The notes beneath the pieces are model-generated. The model saw only the letters and a program-made list of their open reading frames with translations, had not been told where the DNA came from and did no database searches. DNA of 64,000 bases from Myxococcota bacterium (GTDB lineage: Bacteria; Myxococcota_A; Polyangia; Nannocystales; Nannocystaceae): NCBI GenBank assembly GCA_039028615.1, contig JBCCHT010000019.1, positions 1 to 64,000 of the forward strand, written 5' to 3'. A program made the translations under genes and the position numbers. Positions 50,606 to 60,737 of this stretch are shown piece by piece (within the stretch, counting starts at the first letter, position 1; each line of letters begins with the position of its first letter).

Positions 50606-51574
50606 TCACGCGGGCTGGGGTGTCGTCACCTGCCGCAGTACATCGAGATAGCTGTCGGCCACGGGTGACTCCTCCAGCGCGCCCCGCTGCTTCAGGAGTC
50701 GGTGCAGCCGCCCCAGTCGGAAGTAGGGCACGGTCATCAGCAGGTGATGCTCGAGGTGGTAGTTCACCCCGTGCGGCGCCACCGTGAGGCGAGCCAGGAT
50801 TCCGGCCCGAGTCGTTCGCGTGTTGCGAAAAGGATCGGTCACGTTGCCCGTGCACGCATGCTCGGCGATCGCCCGGATGCGCAGGAACAGGCTGAACGTG
50901 GTCAGGTAGCTGAGGATCCACAGCCCGTAGAGCCACGGATGACCCGCGGCCCACAGCGCCGCCAGCATGATCCCGTTGGTGATCACCATCGGATACAGGT
51001 TTCGGGCCCCCGTCCGCAGCACGTGGCCGAAGCTTCGCCCCGTCTGGTCGATGGGCTCGGCGTCCACCGAAGCGGTGTAGTGCAGGTACCCGAAGTCGAT
51101 CATCAGCAGGCCGACTACGCGCTTGATCCCGGTGAGCCCCAGCAAGTCGCGGATGAACTTGCGGACCAGCGAGCCCCGGGTGATCGGGAAGGGGCGGACG
51201 AGCCCGAGGTCGGTATCCCGCTCCGTGCCCGTGTGCGCGTGGTGGGCCAGGTGGTGCGTCCGGTAGCGCACGACGTCGCTCCACGAGGGCGCCGCGCATA
51301 GCCAGTGGCCGACGAAGTCGTTGACCCCCCGATGAGCAAAGAGCGAGCGATGGGAGGCCTCGTGCATGAGGATTGCCAGCCCCAGGTGCCGCCCGCCCAA
51401 GACGATCAACGCCACCACGTAGCTGAGCGGGTGCGGCCACGCGATCACCAGCGCAAAGCAGCCGGCGATGAGCGCCCAGGTCAGGAACACGGCGAAGGTG
51501 CCGTGGAGGTTGCTCGCCGAGGTGAACTCGCGAATCTCCTCGGGTTGGAGCACGTCGGTAATCTTGGTCGCCAT
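50606..51574 (-). CDS. Membrane fatty acid desaturase family protein
   Basis: His boxes HEASH, HLAHH, HLEHH. Confidence 0.92.
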   Translation of the reverse strand: MATKITDVLQPEEIREFTSASNLHGTFAVFLTWALIAGCFALVIAWPHPLSYVVALIVLGGRHLGLAILMHEASHRSLFAHRGVNDFVGHWLCAAPSWSDVVRYRTHHLAHHAHTGTERDTDLGLVRPFPITRGSLVRKFIRDLLGLTGIKRVVGLLMIDFGYLHYTASVDAEPIDQTGRSFGHVLRTGARNLYPMVITNGIMLAALWAAGHPWLYGLWILSYLTTFSLFLRIRAIAEHACTGNVTDPFRNTRTTRAGILARLTVAPHGVNYHLEHHLLMTVPYFRLGRLHRLLKQRGALEESPVADSYLDVLRQVTTPQPA

Positions 51575-51577
51575 GGG

Positions 51578-52429
51578 TCAAGCCTCGAGCTGAGTGGATA
51601 GGCGGGGTTGGGCGTCGATGCGACGGGCGCGGGTGGGCCGTGCCGGCTCCTGCAGCTCGAACTGCAGCAGCTTCGACCAGATCTCGCGGCCCATGCGGTC
51701 GTAGGCGGCCACCGCCGCGGCGTAGCGGCAGCGAAGCTCGACGTCGACGATGGGAGGCGGAAGCAAGGGATCGAAGGCGAGGCTTCGCAGCGCCCGGCCG
51801 CCCACGCGGAAGGCCTCGGCCGCGGCCGCTTCGATCGGCAGCTCGGCCACCGACCGACGACTCGCGTCGAGCTGCTCCATGCCGTGACGATAGCTCGCAT
51901 CGAGGGCGGGGCCGTCCCAGAGACCGTCGAGTGACGCGTCGACCTCGGTCATGCGGAACACGGGCTGCGAAGGGTCGAAGCCCAGCGCCACCAGCCGCTC
52001 ACGGACCCCCGACACCCCGCCGCGCAGGTTGTTGGGGCGCAGGGCCAATCCGGGTCGCCACTCCACGAAGCCCAGCAGGTTCAGCGCGCGCTCACGATCG
52101 CGTCGCTCCCGGCGTTGATTGCTCGCCAGTCGATCGAGATGCACGGCGCACCACGATCCGTTCCACTTGGTGGTGTGCGACTCGAGCTGCCGCCAGTGCC
52201 GAACCTGTTCGGCCAAGGTCTGAGCCGCGGGGCCCAGCGCATACCAACCCCGCGCATCGGCTCGCACGAACCCACGCGCCTTGAGCCGCGACAGACACAC
52301 CCGCAGCGCGCCCCCCTGCACTCCCATCACCTCGGCACCGCGAACCAACGCCGCGACCGGCAGCCCCTGGGGACCGCTGACGGAGAGCAGATCGAGCACG
52401 AAGATCTTGGGTCCCACTGCGGTTTGCAA
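51578..52429 (-). CDS. PaaX-family transcriptional regulator (start could be GTG 52417)
   Basis: LRVCLSRL wHTH, WNGSW, RALNLLGF, DPLLP. Confidence 0.85.
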   Translation of the reverse strand: MQTAVGPKIFVLDLLSVSGPQGLPVAALVRGAEVMGVQGGALRVCLSRLKARGFVRADARGWYALGPAAQTLAEQVRHWRQLESHTTKWNGSWCAVHLDRLASNQRRERRDRERALNLLGFVEWRPGLALRPNNLRGGVSGVRERLVALGFDPSQPVFRMTEVDASLDGLWDGPALDASYRHGMEQLDASRRSVAELPIEAAAAEAFRVGGRALRSLAFDPLLPPPIVDVELRCRYAAAVAAYDRMGREIWSKLLQFELQEPARPTRARRIDAQPRLSTQLEA

Positions 52430-52622
52430 ATATTACACTTAGATCCAATATTCGACGAATCGTGTATCAAGCGAACGGTGGCGCCGAGGCCGGCGACGAC
52501 CGCCCACGAACGCGAAAACGGGCTCGAATCGATGATTCGGGCCCGTCCTCGGGGTTTCCGCGGAAAATCCGCGGAGGCGATCACTGACCGCTGCGAAGAT
52601 CGCGCTTCGCGTCGGCGAACGG

Positions 52623-53909
52623 TTACTTCATCGCCGCGAGCGCCTGCTCGAGGCGGTCGCAGCCCTCGGTCAGCTCGTCGTCGGAGATCAACATCGGGGG
52701 CGCAATCCGGAGCACGTTGCCCCAGCGGCCACCCTTACCCAGCAGCAGGTCCTGCTTCTTCGCGGCCTCCATCAGCTGGCCGGCCTTGGCGGTGGCAGGC
52801 TCCTTGGTCTTGCGATCCTCGACCAGCTCGAGCGCCTGCATCAGCCCCATGCCACGCACGTCACCGATGAAGTCGAAGCGCTTCTTCATCGCGTCGAGCC
52901 GCTCGCGCAGCACCTTGCCCTGTCGCTCGACCCGGGTGGGCAGGTCGTTCTTCTCCATGACGTCGAAGGAAGCATTGGTCGCGGCCATGGAGATCGGGTT
53001 GCCGCCGAAGGTCGAGATGGACAGACCGCTCATCGAGTTGGCGATCTCCTCTGTGGCGATGGTGGCCCCGACCGGCATGCCGTTGGCGATGCCCTTGGCG
53101 AAGGTCATGATGTCGGGCTCGACGCCATAGTGCTCGATGCCGAACCACTTGCCGCCCGTACGGGCAAAGCCGGTCTGCACCTCGTCGCAGATGAACAGGC
53201 CGCCGTACTTCTTGACGATGCCCACCGCGACCTTGAAGTACTCGGGCGGAGGGGTGATGAAGCCGCCGACCCCCTGGATCGGCTCGGCCATGAACGCGGC
53301 CGGCTGCCCGGTGGTCACCGTCTGAATCAGCTCCTCCAGGTCTTGGGCGCACTTGATGCCGCAGCTGGGGTACTTCGCGCCGAAGGGGCAGCGGTAGCAG
53401 TAGGCGGGGTGGCCGTGCACGACCCCGGGAATCGCGGCGGGGAGCGGCCGCCAGTTGCTGTGGGCGGTGACGGTGGTGGCGACGGCGGAGCGACCGGAGT
53501 AGGCGTGGCGGAGCGCGATGATCTCGTGCTTCCCCGTGTGCACCTTGGCCAGCATGATCGCCGTCTCGTTGGCCTCGGTGCCGCTATTGGAGAAGAAGCT
53601 CTTCTTGAGCTCGCCCGGGGTCCACTCGGCCATCTTCTCGGCCGCGCGCACCAGGTTCTCGGTGGGATAGAGCGTGGAGACGTGGCCCAAGCGGCGGGAC
53701 TGCTCGGCGATGGCCTCGACCACCTCGGGCTGGCAATGGCCCAGCGAGACGGTCAGGATTCCGCCGAAGAAGTCGAGGTACTCGCGCCCATCGACATCCT
53801 TGACCCGACACCCCTTGCCCTCGGTGATGATGATCGGCTCTTCATAGTAGTTCGCCACACAGGGAAACAAGAACCGTTGCTGCTTATCGAGGACTTCCGA
53901 GCGCTCCAT
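52623..53909 (-). CDS. Class III PLP-dependent aminotransferase (AGXT2/GabT-like)
   Basis: GREYLDFFGGI, NSGTEANE, AEPIQGVGG, DEVQTGFARTG, FAKGIANG, STFGGNP. Confidence 0.95.
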   Translation of the reverse strand: MERSEVLDKQQRFLFPCVANYYEEPIIITEGKGCRVKDVDGREYLDFFGGILTVSLGHCQPEVVEAIAEQSRRLGHVSTLYPTENLVRAAEKMAEWTPGELKKSFFSNSGTEANETAIMLAKVHTGKHEIIALRHAYSGRSAVATTVTAHSNWRPLPAAIPGVVHGHPAYCYRCPFGAKYPSCGIKCAQDLEELIQTVTTGQPAAFMAEPIQGVGGFITPPPEYFKVAVGIVKKYGGLFICDEVQTGFARTGGKWFGIEHYGVEPDIMTFAKGIANGMPVGATIATEEIANSMSGLSISTFGGNPISMAATNASFDVMEKNDLPTRVERQGKVLRERLDAMKKRFDFIGDVRGMGLMQALELVEDRKTKEPATAKAGQLMEAAKKQDLLLGKGGRWGNVLRIAPPMLISDDELTEGCDRLEQALAAMK

Positions 53910-54021
53910 GAGCCGGCGAAGATAACCAATCGCGGGGGCACTCACCATCGCGCGGGCTGACGGCGTTCCTTTGCGCGCAAAGTCCTGATAGAGAATCCTC
54001 CAAGCCACGGAGCCGACCCCA

Positions 54022-54720
54022 GTGACCGAGCCCGACTCGACCGAAACCGTCCCGTCCCGGTCCGAGGCCACGCCGCCCGACGCGTCCGAGGCGGCCTCGA
54101 GCCGGCCTCGCCCCGGAGTCCCGCCCCACCCCGAGCCGTGGCCCGACGACCCGCGCCTCGATCCCGAATTGCTGGCCAACGGTGACCGGCGCAACGTCAT
54201 CGACCGCTATCGCTACTGGAGCGTACCGGCCATCGTGGCCGACCTCGACACGCGTCGGCACCCCTTCCACATCGCAGTGGAAAACTGGACCCGCGACCCC
54301 AACATCGGGGCCGTGGTGCGCAGCGCCAACGCGTTCCTGGCCGAGGCGGTGCACATCGTGGGGCGCCGTCGCTGGAACCGGCGGGGCGCGATGATGACCG
54401 AGAGCTATCAGCACGTGCACCACCACGAGTCGGTCGCCGATCTCGTCGCGTTCGCGCGTGAGCGCAACCTTCCGGTCTGGGGCGTGGACAACCTGCCGGG
54501 GTCACAGCCCATCGACCGCGCCCCCCTGCCGCGCGCGTGCGTGCTCCTGCTCGGGCAGGAAGGCCCCGGGCTCTCCGAGATGGCCCGGGCCGAGGTCGAG
54601 GGCGTGCTGTCGATCCCTCAGTTCGGCTCCACGCGCTCGATCAACGCGAGCGCGGCCGCGGCCGTGGCGATGTACGAGTGGTGTCGTCGCCACGCGGGCG
54701 ATCCGGGCGGCAGCGACTAG
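54022..54720 (+). CDS. TrmH/SpoU family RNA methyltransferase
   Basis: NIGAVVRSANAF, LGQEGPGL, IPQFGSTRSINASAA. Confidence 0.92.
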   Translation: MTEPDSTETVPSRSEATPPDASEAASSRPRPGVPPHPEPWPDDPRLDPELLANGDRRNVIDRYRYWSVPAIVADLDTRRHPFHIAVENWTRDPNIGAVVRSANAFLAEAVHIVGRRRWNRRGAMMTESYQHVHHHESVADLVAFARERNLPVWGVDNLPGSQPIDRAPLPRACVLLLGQEGPGLSEMARAEVEGVLSIPQFGSTRSINASAAAAVAMYEWCRRHAGDPGGSD

Positions 54721-55574
54721 AAATCGGCGTCGGCCATCATCTCGTCGAGCGCTCGTCCGATGAGCTCGGGATGCTCGAAGAGGCTGGCGTGGGTGCCGTC
54801 GGTGATCCGCAGCATGCGGGCGCCGGGGATCGCCGCGCGCATGGGCAGGCCCACCGTGCGGGGCGGCGCGAAGATGTCGCGGTCCCCGGTGACCACCAGC
54901 GAGGGCACGGAGATCGTGGGCAGCACGTCGCGGGCGTCGTGGGTGCCTCCGGCCAGCGCGACCTTGGCCACCGTCTGCGGGTCGAGGCGGCCGAAGTGGT
55001 CGAGGTAGCGGTCGATGTCGGTGCCCGTGGAGCGCCCGTAAAAGCGCAGCAGCTTGCCCACGGTGAAGGTCCCCGGCAGCTTGGTCACCCGACGCGCCAC
55101 CCCGAAGACCGAGGGCAGCAGCCGGGATGGCGTGCGCTGCAGCAGCTGGCGCACGGCCGGACCGGCCCCCGGCTGGAGCGCGGTGTCGAACAGCCGCCCC
55201 GCCGGGCCGAGCACCAACCCCAGCGCGGCGACCCGCGTCGGCATCTGTCGCCACGCCTCGAGGATCACCTGGCAGCCCATCGAAAACCCGATGAAGGACG
55301 CGCGCTCGACCTGCGCGGCATCCATCACCCGGCGCATGTCGTCACACAGCGAGGGAATGCTCGCGCCCGCGTCGGTGCGCGCGGGATCGGACTCGCCGTG
55401 CCCCTTGTAGTCGAAGCTCACCACGCGATGGTTCGCGGTGAAGCGGGGCATCAGGTGGTGCCAGAAGAAGTCGGAGGTGCTCAGGCCGTTGGCCAGGACG
55501 ATGGGCGGACCCTCGCCCGCCACGCGGTAGGCAATGCGGGTGCCGTCTGCGGCGTCGACGTATCGAGAGGACAT
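54717..55574 (-). CDS. Alpha/beta hydrolase
   Basis: DYKGHGES, GFSMG nucleophile elbow, GDRD, GTH. Confidence 0.92.
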   Translation of the reverse strand: MSSRYVDAADGTRIAYRVAGEGPPIVLANGLSTSDFFWHHLMPRFTANHRVVSFDYKGHGESDPARTDAGASIPSLCDDMRRVMDAAQVERASFIGFSMGCQVILEAWRQMPTRVAALGLVLGPAGRLFDTALQPGAGPAVRQLLQRTPSRLLPSVFGVARRVTKLPGTFTVGKLLRFYGRSTGTDIDRYLDHFGRLDPQTVAKVALAGGTHDARDVLPTISVPSLVVTGDRDIFAPPRTVGLPMRAAIPGARMLRITDGTHASLFEHPELIGRALDEMMADADF

Positions 55575-55620
55575 GCGTGTGAACGACTCGGGGCTCGGTC
55601 GCGCACACTCTACCAGGCCG

Positions 55621-56664
55621 CTATTGAACCGCATCGACGACGCGCCAGCCCACCTGGTCGCCCGCCCGTAGAGGAATGACCTCCTGCGAGCCGAAGGGGA
55701 AGCTCGCGGGCACCGTCCACGGCTCGCGGCGCAGGGTCAGGGTCTGCTCGGAGACGGGCAGGCGGTAGAACGCAGGGCCGTTGCGGCTGCAGAACGCCTC
55801 GAGGTGCTCCAGCGCGCCCACCGAGTCGAAGGCCTCCGCGTACAGCGGCATGGCCAGCGGGGCGGAGTAGATCCCCGCACAGCCACAGGCGGACTCCTTG
55901 TCCCCCACCGCATGCGGGGCGCTGTCGGTGCCGAGGAAGAACTTGGGATTCCCCGACGTGACCGCCTCGAGCAACGCCACCCGGTGGGTCTCTCGCTTGA
56001 GCACGGGCAGGCACCAGTGGTGCGGTCGAATGCCGCCCGCAAAGAGGGCGTTGCGGTCCAGCAGGATGTGCTGCGGCGTGACGGTCGCCGCCACTCGAGC
56101 CGGAGCCTCGCGCACGAAGTTCACCGCATCGGCGGTGGTGATGTGCTCGAACACGACGCGCAAGCCGGTGAAGCGGTCGACCAGGGGCGCGAGCGCCTGC
56201 TCGATGAACACCGCCTCGCGATCGAACACATCCACCTTGGGATCGATGCTCTCCCCGTGGATCAGCAGCGGGAGATCGTGCTCTTGCATCGCCTCGAACA
56301 CCCGGTAGACCGCGCTCAGATCGGCGACGCCCGAGTCCGAGTTGGTCGTCGCCCCCGCCGGGTACATCTTCACCCCGTGCACGTGCTCGCTCGCGGCCGC
56401 CCGCGCGATTTCCTCGGGGGTGGTGCGCGGCGTCAGGTACAGCGTCATCAAGGGCTGGAAGTCCGAGCCCGGCGACAGGGCCTCGAAGATCCGCCCCCGA
56501 TAGGCCTCGGCCTGAGCCACCGTCTCGACGGGCGGCTTCAGGTTGGGCATCACGATCGCGCGACCGAACACGCGAGCGGTGTGGTCGGCCACGGCGCGCA
56601 GGGCCTCGCCGTCGCGCAGATGCAAGTGCCAGTCGTCGGGGCGGGGGATCGTCAGCTCGTCCAT
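55621..56664 (-). CDS. pyrC: Dihydroorotase (homodimeric type)
   Basis: PDDWHLHLRDG, MPNL, KMYPAGATTNS, EHITT, CLPVLK, GTDSAPH. Confidence 0.97.
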   Translation of the reverse strand: MDELTIPRPDDWHLHLRDGEALRAVADHTARVFGRAIVMPNLKPPVETVAQAEAYRGRIFEALSPGSDFQPLMTLYLTPRTTPEEIARAAASEHVHGVKMYPAGATTNSDSGVADLSAVYRVFEAMQEHDLPLLIHGESIDPKVDVFDREAVFIEQALAPLVDRFTGLRVVFEHITTADAVNFVREAPARVAATVTPQHILLDRNALFAGGIRPHHWCLPVLKRETHRVALLEAVTSGNPKFFLGTDSAPHAVGDKESACGCAGIYSAPLAMPLYAEAFDSVGALEHLEAFCSRNGPAFYRLPVSEQTLTLRREPWTVPASFPFGSQEVIPLRAGDQVGWRVVDAVQ

Positions 56665-56763
56665 GCGCGCGGGCATTGTTAGCAGCCCCGGGAGGCGCTG
56701 TCGTCACGGTCGGCGCCGACCGCCTTCGTGCATCCCGAGGCCGCGTTCCTGCGCCCCACGACG

Positions 56764-56806
56764 AAAAAACCCGAAGGCGGCCGCCATTGCGGCGACCACC
56801 CTCGGG
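56764..56806 (-). terminator. Rho-independent terminator
   Basis: Minus strand cccgagggtggtcgccgc-aat-ggcggccgccttcggg then tttttt. Confidence 0.82.
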
Positions 56807-56832
56807 CCATTCGTCCCCCCGTTGTTCCCGAG

Positions 56833-58602
56833 CTACTCCGTGGTGGAAGGGATCACCTCCACCGACCCCTGCACGATCGTCAGCCCCTGCGCGTCGGCGG
56901 CTTCGATCGTCTCGACCATCTCGGCGACCGGGTTGTTGCCCCAGCCCGGCAGGTCGTCCTGCATGCCGAAGTCCCGGGCCACGATCCGACTATGCTCGGC
57001 CAACGCGGCGAAGTCTCGCGGCGAGTAGGCCTGCGACCGCTCCGTCGGGGACGGACGGCAGTACACCGTGAAGCTCGAGCCCGGCGCGCACATGAACCCT
57101 CCCCACGGGTTGTGGCGCCAGAAGTCCTCCCAGCCGTCGGCGATGCTCTCGTCGCTCGGGATGTTGTTGGCTCCCTTCGACCCGACGATGAAGTAGCCGA
57201 CCGGGTTCGTGTTGTAGCAGGCCTGGCGGGCCTGCCCCTCGAACCGGTCGCACGCCGACTTCTCGTACTCGACGGTCAGGAAGACCGAGAAGTCGCTCGC
57301 CATGGTGACGCTGGTGAAGTTCTGCCACCCGTACCCGATGGACTGGGTGTTGCGGGTCTCGACCGAGGCCTGGAAGCTCGAGGTCAGCTCGTAGGTCACC
57401 TGATCGAAGGGATCGATGGTGATGGAGTCGTTGGTCCGGTGCTCCTGGGTCCGAGCCGTGCGTCCCAGCTCTCCCTTGTCCTCGCCCACCGTGACGAAGA
57501 ACTTGCGCGCCTGGTCGATGGAGTAGCGCAGGTAGGAGCCCTTCTTGTTGGCGTCCGGGACCCCATCGAGCGGGTTGTTGGCGCCCGCGGGCGTGTTGTC
57601 GTTGACGAGCTTGCGCCAGTTCTCCTCGAAGGCTTTCCACGCGGGAAGCCGGGCCTCTGCGGCCCACGCCGCCGCATCGATGAGGGTCGGGATCACGACG
57701 TCCCAGTTCAAGGTCCAGCTCGACTGGCTCACCACGCGGGTCAGCGAGAGGTTGTCGGCATCCTTGTCGCCGAGCGCCGTCCACTCGTTTGTGCTCTTGA
57801 CGTACCGGTTGGTCCCCGTCATGAACTCGCCCTTGCCCATCGAGTTGCCGTGATGGCTGCGGCTATCGGTCATGTTGGCGATGGTGATCTTCCCGTGGGT
57901 ATCGGTCTGGAAGCGCACCCGCGCCGCCGGGCCGTTCAGCACCCGGTTGCCGGCGTCGTCGTAGCAGAGGTTCATGACCCGCACGATCACGCGGGCCTTG
58001 CGAGCCTCCAGCGACCCCTCCTCGGGCTTGGTGGGATCCACCTTCACCTGGCTCGTCGCATGGAGCAGGGCCGCGGTGGCCGGCCCGTGGCGGCTGACCC
58101 GGGAGGTCACCTTCTTGCGGTCGGTGTTGAGCCGCCGGTTGACCGTGTCCTCGGCGTGCGTGTCGTCCGGGGTGATCTTGAACTTGCTCAGGCCCGCCAC
58201 CGCCAGGCACTGCGCACCGTCGTTCTTCCCCGCGTACTCCATCATCTTGTTCGCGAGGTCGCTGGTCGAAGACGCGCACTGGCTCGAGTCCGCGGTGGGG
58301 TCGTCTCCAATCCCGTCGCAAGAATCGGAGCCCGAGCGAGGGCTCATGCCGTCCGCATTCTTGAGGGCATCCTCCAGCTCGACACCATTGGGATCCGACC
58401 AGCCCTCGATCTCCTCAAAGAGTTCTTCATCGACAAAGATGGTCGACAGCTGCTCCGCATCGACCCCACAGTTGGCGGCACCACGAACCTCGGCCTCCGG
58501 CTCGCCCGCCTCGGGATCGCAACCAGAGCCGAGCAGGAGGGTCAGGCCGGTCATGGTGGCCAGCAAGCGACGGGTCGAGGGGACGTTGATGGACTGATGC
58601 AT
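56833..58602 (-). CDS. Hypothetical lipoprotein, beta-strand rich, no recognised family
   Basis: Lipobox GSGC, host-like codon bias, own terminator. Confidence 0.78.
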   Translation of the reverse strand: MHQSINVPSTRRLLATMTGLTLLLGSGCDPEAGEPEAEVRGAANCGVDAEQLSTIFVDEELFEEIEGWSDPNGVELEDALKNADGMSPRSGSDSCDGIGDDPTADSSQCASSTSDLANKMMEYAGKNDGAQCLAVAGLSKFKITPDDTHAEDTVNRRLNTDRKKVTSRVSRHGPATAALLHATSQVKVDPTKPEEGSLEARKARVIVRVMNLCYDDAGNRVLNGPAARVRFQTDTHGKITIANMTDSRSHHGNSMGKGEFMTGTNRYVKSTNEWTALGDKDADNLSLTRVVSQSSWTLNWDVVIPTLIDAAAWAAEARLPAWKAFEENWRKLVNDNTPAGANNPLDGVPDANKKGSYLRYSIDQARKFFVTVGEDKGELGRTARTQEHRTNDSITIDPFDQVTYELTSSFQASVETRNTQSIGYGWQNFTSVTMASDFSVFLTVEYEKSACDRFEGQARQACYNTNPVGYFIVGSKGANNIPSDESIADGWEDFWRHNPWGGFMCAPGSSFTVYCRPSPTERSQAYSPRDFAALAEHSRIVARDFGMQDDLPGWGNNPVAEMVETIEAADAQGLTIVQGSVEVIPSTTE

Positions 58603-58848
58603 GGGAATGAAGAACTTTCCGCGCCACATACGGCGCCGGTGATCGGAGCAATTCCGTTTTCAAAGGAAGGGGCTTCACCGTCGGCTGCCGGGACATCCCC
58701 CCGTACTCCGTCGCTGGCCCAGAACTCTTGAGTTCAGTGCCCCCGCGCTGCGGCTTCTATTCAGCCCTCCGAAATTCCCGCGAAGCGTGGGCCCCAGGCC
58801 CCAGCCTCCACGCCCCCAAACCGGCCGGGGGCGCCCCTGAAGGCTGTT

Positions 58849-58943
58849 CCCTACGGATTGTGGGGTCCACCCTACAGGTTGCCGGGTGCCGCCTCGCAAC
58901 CCCCGTGATTTCAGGGACGAGGGCGTTCGGCACGCCCCGTGCA
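58849..58943 (+). promoter_or_regulatory. Putative sigma54 promoter with tandem upstream activator sites
   Basis: TCGGCACGCCCCGTGCA (58927-58943, GG-N10-GC); direct repeats CCCTACGGATTG (58849) and CCCTACAGGTTG (58870), 21 bp apart. Confidence 0.6.
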
Positions 58944-58991
58944 CACCAGTGGGGGCGTCGGCCGAACGCGGCCGCGCAGGGAGAAACGACC

Positions 58992-60728
58992 ATGACGTTG
59001 GACTGGAAACGGCTGCTGCTCGCGGCCGCGCTCGTACCCGGCTGCTCCGCCGAGGGTACGGCCATGGGCACGGACGGTGACGAAGCGGGATCGGATGGCG
59101 GCTCCGATGACGGCGAGTCCGAGACTGACACCGAGGACGCCGAGGTCGAGTACCTCGAGCCCGCCGATCACCTCGTGCGCATCTCGATGGCGCTCCGCGG
59201 CGTTCGTCCCAGCCCGGACGAGCTCGATCGAGTGGCCGCAGCCCCGGAGGTCATCGCCGACATCGTGGAGGAGTACCTGGTCGACCCTCGCTTCGGCGAG
59301 ACGATTCGCGAGCTCCACAACGACGCCCTGCTGGTGGGGACCGAGGTTCAATTCCCCCAGCTTCCGCCCTTCGAAGACGTCGGGAGCTTCACCCTCGGCC
59401 ACTCGGTCATGCAGGGACCGCTGCGCCTGGCCGAGTACGTGGTGATGGAAGACCGGCCCTATACCGAGCTGGTCACCGCCGACTACGCCATCGTGGACGA
59501 GCTGGCCGCGTCGATACAGGCGCTGCCCTACGACCCCGGCGGCCCCGAGCTGCAGACCACCGAGTGGACGGATCGACCCGCGGCGGGCGTGCTGTCCGAC
59601 GCCGCGCTGTACGTGCGCCACCGGTCGAACGGCGCCAACTATCACCGCGGCCGGGCCAACGCGGTGTCCAAGGCATTCTTGTGCCACGACTTCCTCGCCG
59701 CCGACGTGGAGATCGACGGCAGCGTCGACCTCAGCGACCCCGAAGCGGTCAACGAAGCGGTCACCAACAATCCCGCGTGCGTCGCCTGCCACCAGAGCCT
59801 CGACCCCCTGGCGAGCTTCTTCTGGGGCTATCCCGGCAACGCCAACCCCAACCAGATCCCCGCCTACCCTGTGACGCAGCTGTACGACGCGGGGAGCGTG
59901 GATCGCTGGCAGACCACCACCGGGCAGGCCCCCGCCCTGTTCGGCAAGCCCGCCGACGACATGGCCGGCCTGGGCCAGCTCATCGCCGACGACGCCCGCT
60001 TCAGCAGCTGCGCCGCGCGGCGCTTCTACGCCTTCTTCCACCAGGTCGACCTGTCCGAGGTCCCCTCCGAGCACATCTCCACGCTCCAGGCCGCGCTGGT
60101 CGACAGCGGCTTCGATGCCAAGGCAATCGTCCGCGAGATCATGCTGAGCGACGAGTTCCGGGTCTCCCACGCCCTCGAGGACGAGCCCGCTGAGACCCTG
60201 GTCGGGTTCAAGAAAGCTCGCCCCTCTCAGCTCGCCCGGCTCTTCGACGACCTCACCGGGTTCCGCTGGCAGACCAACGTCGACGCGCTGGTGAACAACT
60301 TCAACGAGGGTGACATCGACCTGATGCGCACCAATACCCTCGGGTTCGCGGTGCTGGCCGGAGGCACGGACGCGTTCTTCGTCGAGCGCCCCTCGTCCAC
60401 CGTCAACACCACCTCGAGCCTGCTGGTGCGGACCTTCGCCGCCGAAGCGGCCAGCTACGTGGTGGAGCACGACCTGGTCGAGTCCCCCGAGCAGGCCCGC
60501 CTGTTGACCCTCGTCGACATCGGCAACGACGACGAGAGCACCATTCGCGAGCAGCTCGTGTCGCTGTCGCGGCGCATCTACTCCGACGAGCTCGCGACGG
60601 ACGACGAAGCCATCGACGACGCATGGGCGCTGTGGAGCGCGGCCTACCAGGGCAGCGACGACTCGGTGCACGCATGGAAGACCACCCTCACCGCGATGCT
60701 GCAGGACCTGCGCATCGTCTACTACTAG
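58992..60728 (+). CDS. DUF1585/DUF1588-like lipoprotein with a CxxCH motif
   Basis: Lipobox VPGC, RISMALRGVRPS, CVACHQSLDP, RFSSCAARRF; precedes a DUF1501 gene. Confidence 0.75.
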   Translation: MTLDWKRLLLAAALVPGCSAEGTAMGTDGDEAGSDGGSDDGESETDTEDAEVEYLEPADHLVRISMALRGVRPSPDELDRVAAAPEVIADIVEEYLVDPRFGETIRELHNDALLVGTEVQFPQLPPFEDVGSFTLGHSVMQGPLRLAEYVVMEDRPYTELVTADYAIVDELAASIQALPYDPGGPELQTTEWTDRPAAGVLSDAALYVRHRSNGANYHRGRANAVSKAFLCHDFLAADVEIDGSVDLSDPEAVNEAVTNNPACVACHQSLDPLASFFWGYPGNANPNQIPAYPVTQLYDAGSVDRWQTTTGQAPALFGKPADDMAGLGQLIADDARFSSCAARRFYAFFHQVDLSEVPSEHISTLQAALVDSGFDAKAIVREIMLSDEFRVSHALEDEPAETLVGFKKARPSQLARLFDDLTGFRWQTNVDALVNNFNEGDIDLMRTNTLGFAVLAGGTDAFFVERPSSTVNTTSSLLVRTFAAEAASYVVEHDLVESPEQARLLTLVDIGNDDESTIREQLVSLSRRIYSDELATDDEAIDDAWALWSAAYQGSDDSVHAWKTTLTAMLQDLRIVYY

Positions 60729-60737
60729 GAGCGACCG

